Positions 40,782-49,755 of a stretch of 64,000 bases of DNA are shown piece after piece. The translations under genes were made by a program, and so were the position numbers. The stretch covers positions 512,001-576,000 of the forward strand of contig JAXGYC010000008.1 in NCBI GenBank assembly GCA_040772485.1, in the 5' to 3' direction. The first letter of the stretch is position 1, and each line of letters opens with the position of its first letter. This stretch comes from Sedimentisphaerales bacterium. Its GTDB lineage: Bacteria; Planctomycetota; Phycisphaerae; Sedimentisphaerales; Anaerobacaceae. The notes below the pieces were generated by a model. That model made no database searches, was not told the DNA's origin, and worked only from the letters and a program-made list of their open reading frames with translations.

Positions 40782-40851
40782 TACGAAATCTCGGTGTCTA
40801 TGCCCTCATCCACCGCGGGCAGATCTCCGGCAGGCACACTCAAGCGGCGGG

Positions 40852-42192
40852 CTACCGGATCAGCTTGATGATTTCGGCCAAGTCGTTGGGGGCCTCGACG
40901 GGGGCGTTGCTGAACTGGCCCTGGTTGTCCTTGTGGTAGTTGACGGTGACGTTGGGGTCCTTCAGCGCGTGGCCGGTCAGGACGCAGGCGACGCGGTCGC
41001 TCCTGGCGACCGTGCCGTCGGCCAGCAGGTGCTTGAGCCCCGCGATGGTGGCGGCCGAGGCCGGCTCGCAACCCAGCCCGTACTTGCCGATCAGGGCCTT
41101 GGCGTCGCAAATTTCCTCGTCGGTCACCGCCAGGACGACGCCTTGGCAGACGTCGATCGCGCGGAGGCACTTCTTGAGGTTCACCGGCCGGGAGATTTCG
41201 ATGGCGGATGCGCACGTGTGCGGCGAGAAGTGCCGTGCCGTCAGGTCGGCGTAGTAGTCGTCGATGATCTTCTGGTTCACATGCCCGCCATTCCAGACGA
41301 GCTTCTTGTTGTTGACCAGATCGGTCAGCGTATCGGCGCCCGTGGCGTTGACGATCGCCATGCGCGGCACGCGGTCGATCAGGCCGAGCTGCTTCAATTC
41401 CAGAAACGCCTTGCCGAACGCGCTGGAGTTGCCGAGGTTGCCGCCGGGCACGACGATCCAGTCAGGCGCCTGCCAGCCGAGGGCCTCGATGATGCGGTAC
41501 ATGATCGTCTTCTGGCCTTCCAGCCGGAACGGGTTGAGCGAGTTGAGCAGATACAGCCCCAGCTCGGTGCAGACGGCCTGCACCTGCCTCATGCAGTCGT
41601 CGAAGTCGCCCTGGATCTGGATCGTCTGGGCGCCGTAGTCCATCGCCTGGCTGAGCTTGCCGAACGCGATCCGCCCCGAGCCGATGAAGACGGTGCACTT
41701 CAGGCCGCAACTGTGGGCGTACAGCGCCACCGACGCCGACGTGTTGCCCGTCGAAGCGCACGCGCACGAGGTCGCGCCGACCATCATCGCGTGGCTGAAC
41801 GCGGCGGTCATGCCGTTGTCCTTGAACGAGCCCGAGGGGTTCAAGCCTTCGTACTGAAGATGCAGCGCATCGGGTTTCATGCCGAGGTGCTCGGCGATCT
41901 GGCGGTTCTGCTGGAGGATCGTCTGGCCCTCGCCGATGGTGACCTTGTGTTCGTCGGGACAGAAGTCCAGCAGCTCGCGGAAACGCCACACGCCGGACAA
42001 ATCCAGCCGCCGGTCCCGCGTCGCCCATCGCTTACCGAACTCGCTGAGCCTGCTGGGCACGGGCACCCGATCCCAGTCGTACTGCGCGTCGAGCAGGTCC
42101 CCGCACTGCGGACACTTGAAGATCGCCTGCCCACAATCGAACTCGGCGCCACACGCCGGATTGATGCACCTCTGAAACGCCACATCAGCCAT
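40852..42192 (-). CDS. thrC: Threonine synthase
   Basis: N-terminal Zn ribbon, [54 protein letters not shown]. Confidence 0.93.
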   Translation of the reverse strand: MADVAFQRCINPACGAEFDCGQAIFKCPQCGDLLDAQYDWDRVPVPSRLSEFGKRWATRDRRLDLSGVWRFRELLDFCPDEHKVTIGEGQTILQQNRQIAEHLGMKPDALHLQYEGLNPSGSFKDNGMTAAFSHAMMVGATSCACASTGNTSASVALYAHSCGLKCTVFIGSGRIAFGKLSQAMDYGAQTIQIQGDFDDCMRQVQAVCTELGLYLLNSLNPFRLEGQKTIMYRIIEALGWQAPDWIVVPGGNLGNSSAFGKAFLELKQLGLIDRVPRMAIVNATGADTLTDLVNNKKLVWNGGHVNQKIIDDYYADLTARHFSPHTCASAIEISRPVNLKKCLRAIDVCQGVVLAVTDEEICDAKALIGKYGLGCEPASAATIAGLKHLLADGTVARSDRVACVLTGHALKDPNVTVNYHKDNQGQFSNAPVEAPNDLAEIIKLIR

Positions 42193-42296
42193 ATCGAATT
42201 CTCCAGTCGCACAATAGACTTGGCATTATAGCCGATCCACAGGCTCCCCGCCAACCCATGTGCGAAGCTCGAAATCGAGATGTCGAAGCCTGAGGG

Positions 42297-42330
42297 GTGG
42301 CAGCCTCAGACTCGAAGAGCTTGGGGATGG
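42297..42330 (+). repeat. REP (GTGGCAG-hairpin-ATGG family)
   Basis: GTGGCAGCCTCAGACTCGAAGAGCTTGGGGATGG. Confidence 0.75.
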
Positions 42331-42498
42331 CGGCGACGCGGTTCCAGTATGACAATAGGCAGAGGCGTCGCAAAGAAATGGCCCTTCACACTTTCTTAGG
42401 CAGCATCTTGAATGAGTTGCGGTGTCGGCGATAGGATGGACGAGAGACCTCCGGCGGGTTGTCGAGAACAGACAAGGGATATCCGGGAGGGAACTGAG

Positions 42499-42858
42499 AT
42501 GGCCCAAGAGACGAAAGTAGACAACGGCATCAGCCAGGAAGAGGGCGGCGAGTCGCCGGTGTGCATCCGGTGTTTCCGGCCGGTGGACCCACTGGCGCAT
42601 TACTGTCCCAACTGCGGCGCCGCGACGGGGCAGCTCACGCATTATCTGCCTGTGGAGAGCATTCGCTGGCAAGCGAGCGTCTGGGGCCAGGCCTGGCGTC
42701 AGATCCGGTACCGCGACGTCTCCCTCGCGGGCCGGCTGTTCCGCCTGCTCATGATCGTCTGGAACGTCCCGATCATGCTGATCGGTCTGCTGTTCCGATC
42801 CAGGGACAAGGCAGAGGACACGCCGGAGCAGGACGATAGCGCAGACCGCAGCGAATGA
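42499..42858 (+). CDS. Zinc-ribbon membrane-associated hypothetical protein
   Basis: CIRC...YCPNCG; hydrophobic C-terminal helix; GGAGG RBS. Confidence 0.7.
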   Translation: MAQETKVDNGISQEEGGESPVCIRCFRPVDPLAHYCPNCGAATGQLTHYLPVESIRWQASVWGQAWRQIRYRDVSLAGRLFRLLMIVWNVPIMLIGLLFRSRDKAEDTPEQDDSADRSE

Positions 42859-42893
42859 CCGGCCAGCAGAACTGATGCGCGAAAGGAACGGCG

Positions 42894-43904
42894 ATGAGTA
42901 TGCGAAGAACGAGCGTGATACTCGTGTTGGTCCTCGTCCCGGCGATGGCGGCGGGCGGGCAGCGGCGCTGGATGATCGAGGATTCCAACGACATCGTCCA
43001 CCTGTCGCAGATCTACCTGCGGGACGTGTGCATCCTGCCGGATGCGGCCAGCGGGACCTACTACATAGTCGGCCCCGGCTTCAACAGCGTGCGCATCTAC
43101 ACCAGCAAGGACCTCAAGACGTGGCAGGGGCCCCGGACGATCTTCCGCACGCCCGCCGACATCTGGGGCGACGTCCGCGTGGTGAACATCTGGGCGCCCG
43201 AGATGCACAAGTACAGGGACAAGTACTACCTGTTCCTGACGTTCGACACCCGCAACCGCTTCGCCGAGCAGTGGCGCGACTGGCTGCCCCGCGTGACGCG
43301 CGGCTCGCAGGTGCTCGCGTCGGACCAGCCGACCGGGTCGTTTGCGCCTTTCGCCAACCGCTCGACGCTGCCGACCGACATGATGACGCTCGACGGCACG
43401 CTGTGGGTCGAGGACGGCACGCCGTACATGGTCTTCTGCCATGAATGGGTGCAGATCAAGGACGGTACCGTCGAATATGTCCAGCTCAAAGACGACCTGT
43501 CGGCCGCCGTGGGCGAGCCCAAACGCCTTTTCCATGGCAGCGACGCCAAGTGGAGCAAGAAATCCGACCAGTACGGTTGTCACGTCACGGATGGTCCGTA
43601 CCTGTACACCAGCAAGTCGGGCAAGCTGTTCATGATCTGGACCAGCGGAGGCTACAGCGGCTACACGACGGGCATCGCGATCAGCGACTCCGGCAGGCTC
43701 GCCGGACCCTGGCGGCAGCAGGATGAACCTATCTACGCCAAGGACGGCGGTCACGGCATGCTCTTCACAACCTTCGATCCCGGCGCCCCACGGCTGATGA
43801 TGGTCCTGCACGCGCCCAACAACCGCGACGCCCAGCCGCACCTCTTCGAGATGGAGGACACCGGCGAAACCCTCCGGATCGCCCGCGAATTCACCGGTAA
43901 ATAA
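42894..43904 (+). CDS. Secreted glycoside hydrolase family 43 protein
   Basis: Signal peptide; LRDVCI, WAPEMH, TLDGTL, HEWVQ, TDGP, DGGHGMLF. Confidence 0.88.
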   Translation: MSMRRTSVILVLVLVPAMAAGGQRRWMIEDSNDIVHLSQIYLRDVCILPDAASGTYYIVGPGFNSVRIYTSKDLKTWQGPRTIFRTPADIWGDVRVVNIWAPEMHKYRDKYYLFLTFDTRNRFAEQWRDWLPRVTRGSQVLASDQPTGSFAPFANRSTLPTDMMTLDGTLWVEDGTPYMVFCHEWVQIKDGTVEYVQLKDDLSAAVGEPKRLFHGSDAKWSKKSDQYGCHVTDGPYLYTSKSGKLFMIWTSGGYSGYTTGIAISDSGRLAGPWRQQDEPIYAKDGGHGMLFTTFDPGAPRLMMVLHAPNNRDAQPHLFEMEDTGETLRIAREFTGK

Positions 43905-43981
43905 CCGCCACACGATGCGACACTACGCCGGGGAGCGGAAAGCGACATGGCCGTGAAAGCGAAGGAACACTCAGCGCGACT

Positions 43982-44098
43982 TTGTCATTCCGAGCAACGT
44001 CGAGAGCCTGTCCTGAGCGAAGTCGAACGGAAATCTGGGCGCGAACGCGGCCCACTCCGCATCCGTGGCCAGACCCCTCGACTGCGCTCGGGGTGACA
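43982..44098. repeat. GTCATT...TGACA-type palindromic repeat element
   Basis: TTGTCATTCCGAGC...CCTGAGCGAAGTCGAA...AAATCTGG...CCAGACCCCTCGACTGCGCTCGGGGTGACAA; related copy at 49511-49672. Confidence 0.7.
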
Positions 44099-44202
44099 AA
44101 CAGGGATGCAGAGGTAGGCAAGACGCAGCAAGAAGACGCGCCAGACAGGATGTCTCGCCGCCCTGGAAGCCGTTTGGGATGCTCTCCTGGAGGGAGTAGA
44201 AT

Positions 44203-44532
44203 ATGAAGCCCAGGATCATGTACATCGAATTGAAGACACATGGCGGCGGTCATGACGACAACGGACCCGCCTGGATTTCCCGTGTCACTTTCTCCAAGAC
44301 CGGCAGAACCATCTATTGGCGTGGCAGGCGACTCCGACGCGGCAAGCGAGGATGCGCGAATCACTTCGATCTCGACACAGGAGACACGTACTGGGTCTCA
44401 GGCCCGAAGAAGAACGGCGAAGACCGCTACCCGTGGGCCGCGGAGAAAGTCAGAATCGACCCGGATGTCCGGCAGGAGTATTGGACGCAGATCAGAAGAC
44501 AGCCGGACAAGGCAAACGAAGAATTCGCCTGA
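44203..44532 (+). CDS. Conserved hypothetical protein
   Basis: GGAGGGAG RBS; IMYIELK...GPAWI.RVTFSKTGRTIY...YWVSGPKKNG.DR. Confidence 0.75.
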   Translation: MKPRIMYIELKTHGGGHDDNGPAWISRVTFSKTGRTIYWRGRRLRRGKRGCANHFDLDTGDTYWVSGPKKNGEDRYPWAAEKVRIDPDVRQEYWTQIRRQPDKANEEFA

Positions 44533-44613
44533 CATCAAAGAGCGCCCGAACCATTCTCACTTTCGTTCCTCAGACACCGGGCGTACGCGCAGATCGTTCC
44601 TGGATAGACCTGG

Positions 44614-45216
44614 ATGGCACGCGGGAAGCAGACCGTAGTGGTGGGCATCGATCTGGCGGGTTCTCCTCGCCGGCCGACGGGGTTGTGCGTGCTGCGCGGC
44701 CTCAGGGCGCAGACGCAGGTCGCGCATACTGACGAGGAGATCCTCAGCGTGGTCGAGAAGGCCAGGCCCGATCTGGTTCCGATCGATGCGCCGCTGAGTC
44801 TGCCGCCCGGGCGCACGAGCATCCACGATCGTGCCGGCGAGCACCTTCGCGAATGCGACCGCGAATTGCGGCGGCGCAAGATTCGCTTCTTCCCCATCAC
44901 GCTCGGCCCGATGCGCATGCTGACCGAACGCGGTCTGGCGCTGAAGGCGAAGATCGAAGCGATGGGCTTTGCCGTCGTCGAATGCTACCCCGGCGCCGCG
45001 CAGGACCTCTGGCACATCCCGCGCCAGCACCGCGACCGAGCGGGGCTCCTGCACGGCTTGGCCCATCTCGGCGTCAAGGGCCTGACCGCCGAGATGACAG
45101 GCGATGAGCTCGACGCCGTAACCGCCGCCCTCGTCGGACGCTGGCGCCTCGCCGGCAAAGGCGAGATGCTCGGCGGCGACACCGGCATCCTCGTCCCCCG
45201 GCCGAACTCAGTGTAG
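44614..45216 (+). CDS. DUF429 family protein (predicted RNase H-fold nuclease)
   Basis: GIDLAG, IDAPLSLP, RECDREL, ECYPGA, DELDAV. Confidence 0.82.
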   Translation: MARGKQTVVVGIDLAGSPRRPTGLCVLRGLRAQTQVAHTDEEILSVVEKARPDLVPIDAPLSLPPGRTSIHDRAGEHLRECDRELRRRKIRFFPITLGPMRMLTERGLALKAKIEAMGFAVVECYPGAAQDLWHIPRQHRDRAGLLHGLAHLGVKGLTAEMTGDELDAVTAALVGRWRLAGKGEMLGGDTGILVPRPNSV

Positions 45217-45225
45217 ATGTGAGGC

Positions 45226-45259
45226 GTGGCAGCCTCAAGCCCGCAGGGCTTGGGGATGG
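45226..45259 (+). repeat. REP (GTGGCAG-hairpin-ATGG family)
   Basis: GTGGCAGCCTCAAGCCCGCAGGGCTTGGGGATGG. Confidence 0.78.
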
Positions 45260-45264
45260 TCGGT

Positions 45265-45519
45265 TCACGCGCAGCGTCGCGGCTGCAATTCCAGCAGGTC
45301 CTCCTCGTTGAGCGGCTCCGGCCGGTGGCTATCGAGGATGTGGTTGGCCATCTCGACGAGGTCGTCTCGCTCGCACCCGCAGGCTTGGCAGCGCCAGCCG
45401 TCGCCGAGGTAGATCGGCAGGCTCCGGCGACGCTCGATCAGCAGACAAAAGGCGTCCAGCTCCAGCTCGCTGAAGTACCTCAGCTCGACGATCTGCGCGC
45501 CGCTCCATTTCTCACACAT
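45265..45519 (-). CDS. Small protein with a classical C2H2 zinc-finger motif
   Basis: WRCQACGCERDDLVEMANHILDSH = C-x2-C-x12-H-x4-H; strong GC3 codon bias. Confidence 0.7.
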   Translation of the reverse strand: MCEKWSGAQIVELRYFSELELDAFCLLIERRRSLPIYLGDGWRCQACGCERDDLVEMANHILDSHRPEPLNEEDLLELQPRRCA

Positions 45520-45712
45520 TCACGACCCCATCCGCCCCCCATCATTACCACCGCGCAAGATCTCGATATGTCTTCCATAAACAGCATCCCCGCCTTGCAG
45601 AAGGCAGTTGAAATTGGATTGCCGGGAGCTTAGTGTGGTCGGCGCGTGGGGCGGTTGGGTCCGCCGGGGCGGGGGGAATTGAGATAGGACAAGAAAGCGA
45701 AGGAGGTTCCGC

Positions 45713-47686
45713 ATGGGCAGGCATATCACGGGGATCGGATTCGTTGTTCTGGTTTGCGTTCTGGGACAGGGGGCGTTCGGGCAGGGGGTGGGGCGGGTGC
45801 GGTGGCAGCATCTTTCGAGCACGGCGGGGCAGGTTCCGACGCCGGACGTGGGGCGGCAGGTGGCCACGCTCATCCTTGACGTCGATGGCGATGGGGTCAA
45901 CGACTTCGTCGTCGCCAGCTACGAGAAGATCGCGTGGTTTCGACGCAGCGCCGACGGCTGGACGCGGTACGCGATCGAGAACGGCGCCCAGGGCGTGCGC
46001 CTCGAAGCCGGAGGCGATGTCCTCGACATTGACGGCGACGGCGACCTCGACATCGTCATGGGCGCACAATCGAAGGCGGGCGAGGTATGGTGGTGGGCCA
46101 ATCCCAGCCCTGACTTCGACGCCCAGACGCCCTGGAAGCGGCACGAGGTCATTGCCGTCGGAGGCACGCACCACGACCAGATCTTCGGCGATTTCGACGG
46201 CGACGGCAAGGTCGAGCTGGCCTTCTGGTACAACGCAGGCAAGCAGTTGTACCTGTCCGAGATTCCCACCGACCCGACGCAACGCTGGCCCGTCACCGAG
46301 ATCGCCAGGCTCAGCGCCGACAAGGCCAACCCCGAGGGCTTTGCCAAGATCGACATCAACGGCGACGGCAAGCTCGACATCGTCGGCGGGGGCCACTGGT
46401 TCGAGCACGTCGGCGGCACGACGTTCAAGGCCCACGCCATCGACGAGGACTATCAGTTCACCCGCTCGGCGGCCGGCGACCTGATCGAAGGCGGCCGGCC
46501 CGAAGTGGTGATCGGCTCGGGCGACGGCGTCGGGCCGCTGGCGCTGTACGAATACAAAGACGGCACGTGGACCAAGCGCGTGCTGATCGAAGGCGTGGAC
46601 CACGGACACAGCCTCCAGGTCGGCGACCTCGACGGCGACGGCCACGGCGACATCTACACGGGCGAGATGTACAACCCCGGCTCGGGGGCCAGGTGCAGGC
46701 AGTGGGTGTGCTACGGCGACGGCAAGGGCAACTTCGAGACGCAGTTGATCTCGACGGGCATCGGCTGCCACGAGTGCCGGATCGGCGATCTCGACGGAGA
46801 CGGTGACATGGACATCCTCCAGAAGGACTTCCAGCAGGACCGGCGGGTCGATGTCTGGCTCAACGGCGGCACGCGCCCGGGCGCTGCCGGCATCGGCGCC
46901 AGCGCCGCTTTTCGCGGGCCCGTCGGCCTTCAGCTCTACAGCCTGCGTGACATCTTCAAAGACAACGTCGCGCTGGGGCTCCAACTGACGCAGAACTTCG
47001 GCTTCGTGGAGGTCGAGCTGGCCGGCACGTACGGCCTGACGCCAGCCGAGTTCCTGAAGCGCCTGGCGTGGCACGGACTCAAGCCGATCGCGGCGCACTG
47101 GTCGTACGAGCAGTGGGAGAAGGACCCGGCGGCGGTGGTGGCCGAGGCCAAGGCGCTGGGCCTGGCCTACGCCGGCTGCGCGTGGATTCCTCACGATGGT
47201 CCATTCGACGAGGCGCTGTGCCGTCGTGCGGCGGCCGTGTTCAACCGCGCCGGCGAAGTCGCCACGGCGCAGGGCATCCGGTTCTACTATCACAACCACG
47301 GCTACGAATTCGTGCCCCATGGCGACGGCACGCTGTTCGATCTGCTGCTGGCCGAGACGAAGCCCGAGCTGGTCACGTACGAGATGGACGTATTCTGGAC
47401 GGTCCACCCGGGCCAGGACCCGGTCAAGCTGCTGCGCCGCTACCCGCACCGCTGGGAGCTGTTCCATATCAAGGACCTGAAGAAGGGCGTCGCCACCGGC
47501 AAGCTGACCGGCTCGGAGGACGTCCGCAACGACGTGGTCCTCGGCACCGGCCAGATCGACCTGCCCGCGATCCTGCGCGCCGCCCAGGAGATCGGCGTGA
47601 AACACTACTTCATCGAGGACGAGTCGCCGACGGTGATTCAGCAGATCCCGCAGAGCCTGCGATTTCTCGAATCGCTGTCGTGGTGA
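45713..47686 (+). CDS. Secreted FG-GAP/VCBS repeat protein fused to a xylose-isomerase-like TIM-barrel (sugar epimerase) domain
   Basis: Multiple DxDGDGxxD repeats; C-terminal GLQLYSLR, YHNHGYEF, EMDVFW, HIKD, FIEDE. Confidence 0.85.
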   Translation: MGRHITGIGFVVLVCVLGQGAFGQGVGRVRWQHLSSTAGQVPTPDVGRQVATLILDVDGDGVNDFVVASYEKIAWFRRSADGWTRYAIENGAQGVRLEAGGDVLDIDGDGDLDIVMGAQSKAGEVWWWANPSPDFDAQTPWKRHEVIAVGGTHHDQIFGDFDGDGKVELAFWYNAGKQLYLSEIPTDPTQRWPVTEIARLSADKANPEGFAKIDINGDGKLDIVGGGHWFEHVGGTTFKAHAIDEDYQFTRSAAGDLIEGGRPEVVIGSGDGVGPLALYEYKDGTWTKRVLIEGVDHGHSLQVGDLDGDGHGDIYTGEMYNPGSGARCRQWVCYGDGKGNFETQLISTGIGCHECRIGDLDGDGDMDILQKDFQQDRRVDVWLNGGTRPGAAGIGASAAFRGPVGLQLYSLRDIFKDNVALGLQLTQNFGFVEVELAGTYGLTPAEFLKRLAWHGLKPIAAHWSYEQWEKDPAAVVAEAKALGLAYAGCAWIPHDGPFDEALCRRAAAVFNRAGEVATAQGIRFYYHNHGYEFVPHGDGTLFDLLLAETKPELVTYEMDVFWTVHPGQDPVKLLRRYPHRWELFHIKDLKKGVATGKLTGSEDVRNDVVLGTGQIDLPAILRAAQEIGVKHYFIEDESPTVIQQIPQSLRFLESLSW

Positions 47687-47708
47687 GGCGCAGCACGCTC
47701 CGAGACAC

Positions 47709-49220
47709 TCAGCCGACATCGAGAGTGAACGACTCTGCGGTGTCGGAATCGGCGGCGATGTGCCAGGTGGTTCGCGTGAGCGCCTGGAGGAATCGGCGGT
47801 CGTGGCTGACCAGCAGCAGACTGCACGGGCAGTCGGCCAGGGCGGTCTCCAGCGCCTCGATGGAGGGCAGGTCCATGTGGTTGGTCGGCTCGTCCATAAT
47901 GATGATATGCGGGGCGCCGAGCATGCCCAGCGCCAGCAGGAGCTTGCGGGTCTCGCCCGGGCTGGGGTCATCGCTTGCGAGCAGACGGTCGGGGCGGGAG
48001 CCGAGCCGGCTGACAATGGTCATCAGGTGACCGAGCCGGTCCTTGGCCAATCGCCTGACCTGGTCCAGCATCTCGCGTGATCGGCCCGCGTCGATCTCCT
48101 GCGGCACGCAGGTCAACTGTTCCGGCGGGACCTCCAGTTTTGCCAGCAGATGCCGCACCAGCGTGCTCTTGCCCGAGCCGTTGACGCCGGTCAGCGCGAT
48201 GCGGTCCGTCGGACGGATCGTCAGGTCGGGATACGCAAGCCGTCGATGCTCGCCCAGAGGGAGCGAGCCGGCCGGCAGTTCCAGCAGCGTGTTTCGCTTC
48301 GACGTCGAACCCGGCAGCCAGATACCGATCTCGTGCTGCTTCTTGACTCGCGTCGTCTGCGACTTCTCCTGGGCGTGGGCGAGTTGCCCGCGAAGCTGCC
48401 GCCGGAGCTTGCCGCCGACGCCGTCCTTGCCGCTGACGCGGGCGCGATCCTTCTTCTCCCGCGCATCGTGGTCCCTGATCGCCAGGTGCCGCTTCGAGCG
48501 TCGGCTCTGGGCCTGCCTGGCCAGTTCTTCTCGGCGGACTGCCTCCCGACGGACTTTCTCGTACGTACGCTTGCTCTGCTCGTGCTGCCTTTGCGCCGTC
48601 TGCTGCTCGAGCCTGGCGGCCTCGGCGCCCTTCGTGACACCGCCCGGCCGGACCGTCACATCGGGCGGGTCGATGAACACGCACTGCGTGCACAGACTGT
48701 CGAGCAGCTCTCTGTCGTGACTGACCAGAAGACCCACGCCGCGAAACGAACGCAGCGACGTTGCCACCAATTCCCGCGCGAGCGCATCGAGATGGTTGGT
48801 CGGCTCGTCGATGGCGAGCACCTCGGGTTCGAGCCACAGGGCTGTGGCGATCTGCGCGCGTTTGCGCTCGCCGTGCGAAAGTGTGTCCCAGCGATTCGGC
48901 CAGCCGCCCTCGACGCCCAGCATCTCGCGGATCGTCCAGGCGGATTTCGTCTGGGCACTGACGAATTGCTCGAACCGGTTGGGCATATCGTCGGTCCGCT
49001 GCGGGCAGTAGACGGCGCGCGCCGGCGCTTCGATCGTGCCCGTATCTGACGTCAACTGACCGGCGGCCAGCTTCAGAAGAGTGGTCTTGCCTGCGCCGTT
49101 GGCGCCGACGACGCCGGACCAGCCGCGCGGAAGGTGCAGGGACAGATTGCGGAACAGCGGCTCAGCGGCGGATGGATAGGCAAACGTGATGTTGTGGAAT
49201 CGGACAAATAACCGGCTCAT
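47709..49220 (-). CDS. ABC-F family ATPase (ribosome-associated; ARE-like long linker)
   Basis: Two NBDs (GANGAGKT, LSHGE, DEPTNHLD; GVNGSGKS, SPGE, DEPTNHMD), no TM segments, basic inter-domain linker. Confidence 0.88.
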   Translation of the reverse strand: MSRLFVRFHNITFAYPSAAEPLFRNLSLHLPRGWSGVVGANGAGKTTLLKLAAGQLTSDTGTIEAPARAVYCPQRTDDMPNRFEQFVSAQTKSAWTIREMLGVEGGWPNRWDTLSHGERKRAQIATALWLEPEVLAIDEPTNHLDALARELVATSLRSFRGVGLLVSHDRELLDSLCTQCVFIDPPDVTVRPGGVTKGAEAARLEQQTAQRQHEQSKRTYEKVRREAVRREELARQAQSRRSKRHLAIRDHDAREKKDRARVSGKDGVGGKLRRQLRGQLAHAQEKSQTTRVKKQHEIGIWLPGSTSKRNTLLELPAGSLPLGEHRRLAYPDLTIRPTDRIALTGVNGSGKSTLVRHLLAKLEVPPEQLTCVPQEIDAGRSREMLDQVRRLAKDRLGHLMTIVSRLGSRPDRLLASDDPSPGETRKLLLALGMLGAPHIIIMDEPTNHMDLPSIEALETALADCPCSLLLVSHDRRFLQALTRTTWHIAADSDTAESFTLDVG

Positions 49221-49328
49221 GGCTTCGTTCCCGACGGTCTGACGACGAATCGGCTCTCCGCCGCCGACGTCGCCAAGAGAAACGCCCTTCTTGGGCAGGC
49301 TGGTCGAACTACGGCTCGGGGTATCTGT

Positions 49329-49340
49329 CTAATTCCGCAT
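49329..49340 (-). CDS. Leader peptide uORF MRN*
   Basis: ATG CGG AAT TAG, 8 nt after GGAG, inside the predicted ABC-F leader. Confidence 0.6.
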   Translation of the reverse strand: MRN

Positions 49341-49377
49341 GTACTTGGCTCCAGGACATCACAGGAGATTCGGTTCG

Positions 49378-49406
49378 TTCATAGGAAATCACGCGGACCA
49401 TGTCAA
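49378..49406 (-). promoter_or_regulatory. Putative sigma70 promoter for ABC-F
   Basis: TTGACA-17bp-TATGAA. Confidence 0.55.
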
Positions 49407-49510
49407 GTCCGTTTCCTGCGCGGGATGCCTATCGGGTGCACGGCGTGTGTGTAGGTAGGTTCCTGCCAAGGCCAGGAAGGGGGTCTTGTCGTCTCGGAGA
49501 GCGTAGCGGG

Positions 49511-49730
49511 TGTCATTTCGACTGAGGGCTTGCCCCTTCAACTGCGTTCAGGGCAGGCTCTGAGCGAAGTCGAACGGGGCGAAGCCCGCACGGAGAAATC
49601 TGGCCGAGGATAAGGCAATGTCCCATTCGCAGCCAGATTCCTCCACGGCGCTGCGCTCCGGTCGGAATGACAAAGTCGACTACAGCCCCCCGTCCGCCAT
49701 CCCCAAGCTGGCGCTTGAGGCTGCCACACA
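49511..49730. repeat. GTCATT...AATGACA element followed by a GTGGCAG-family REP
   Basis: TGTCATTTCGAC...TGAGCGAAGTCGAA...AAATCTGG...CCAGATTCCTCC...GTCGGAATGACA; CCATCCCCAAGCTGGCGCTTGAGGCTGCCACACA. Confidence 0.72.
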
Positions 49731-49755
49731 CCTGATCGGTGGTGATCCCAGGGCA

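Noticed and set aside
44203..44532. Enzyme label such as DXP synthase sometimes attached to this small family
   Set aside because: 109 aa with no TPP-binding motif; left as hypothetical
49359..49382. Second uORF MNEPNLL* upstream of ABC-F
   Set aside because: Its ATG lies within the predicted -10 box, so it is probably not transcribed
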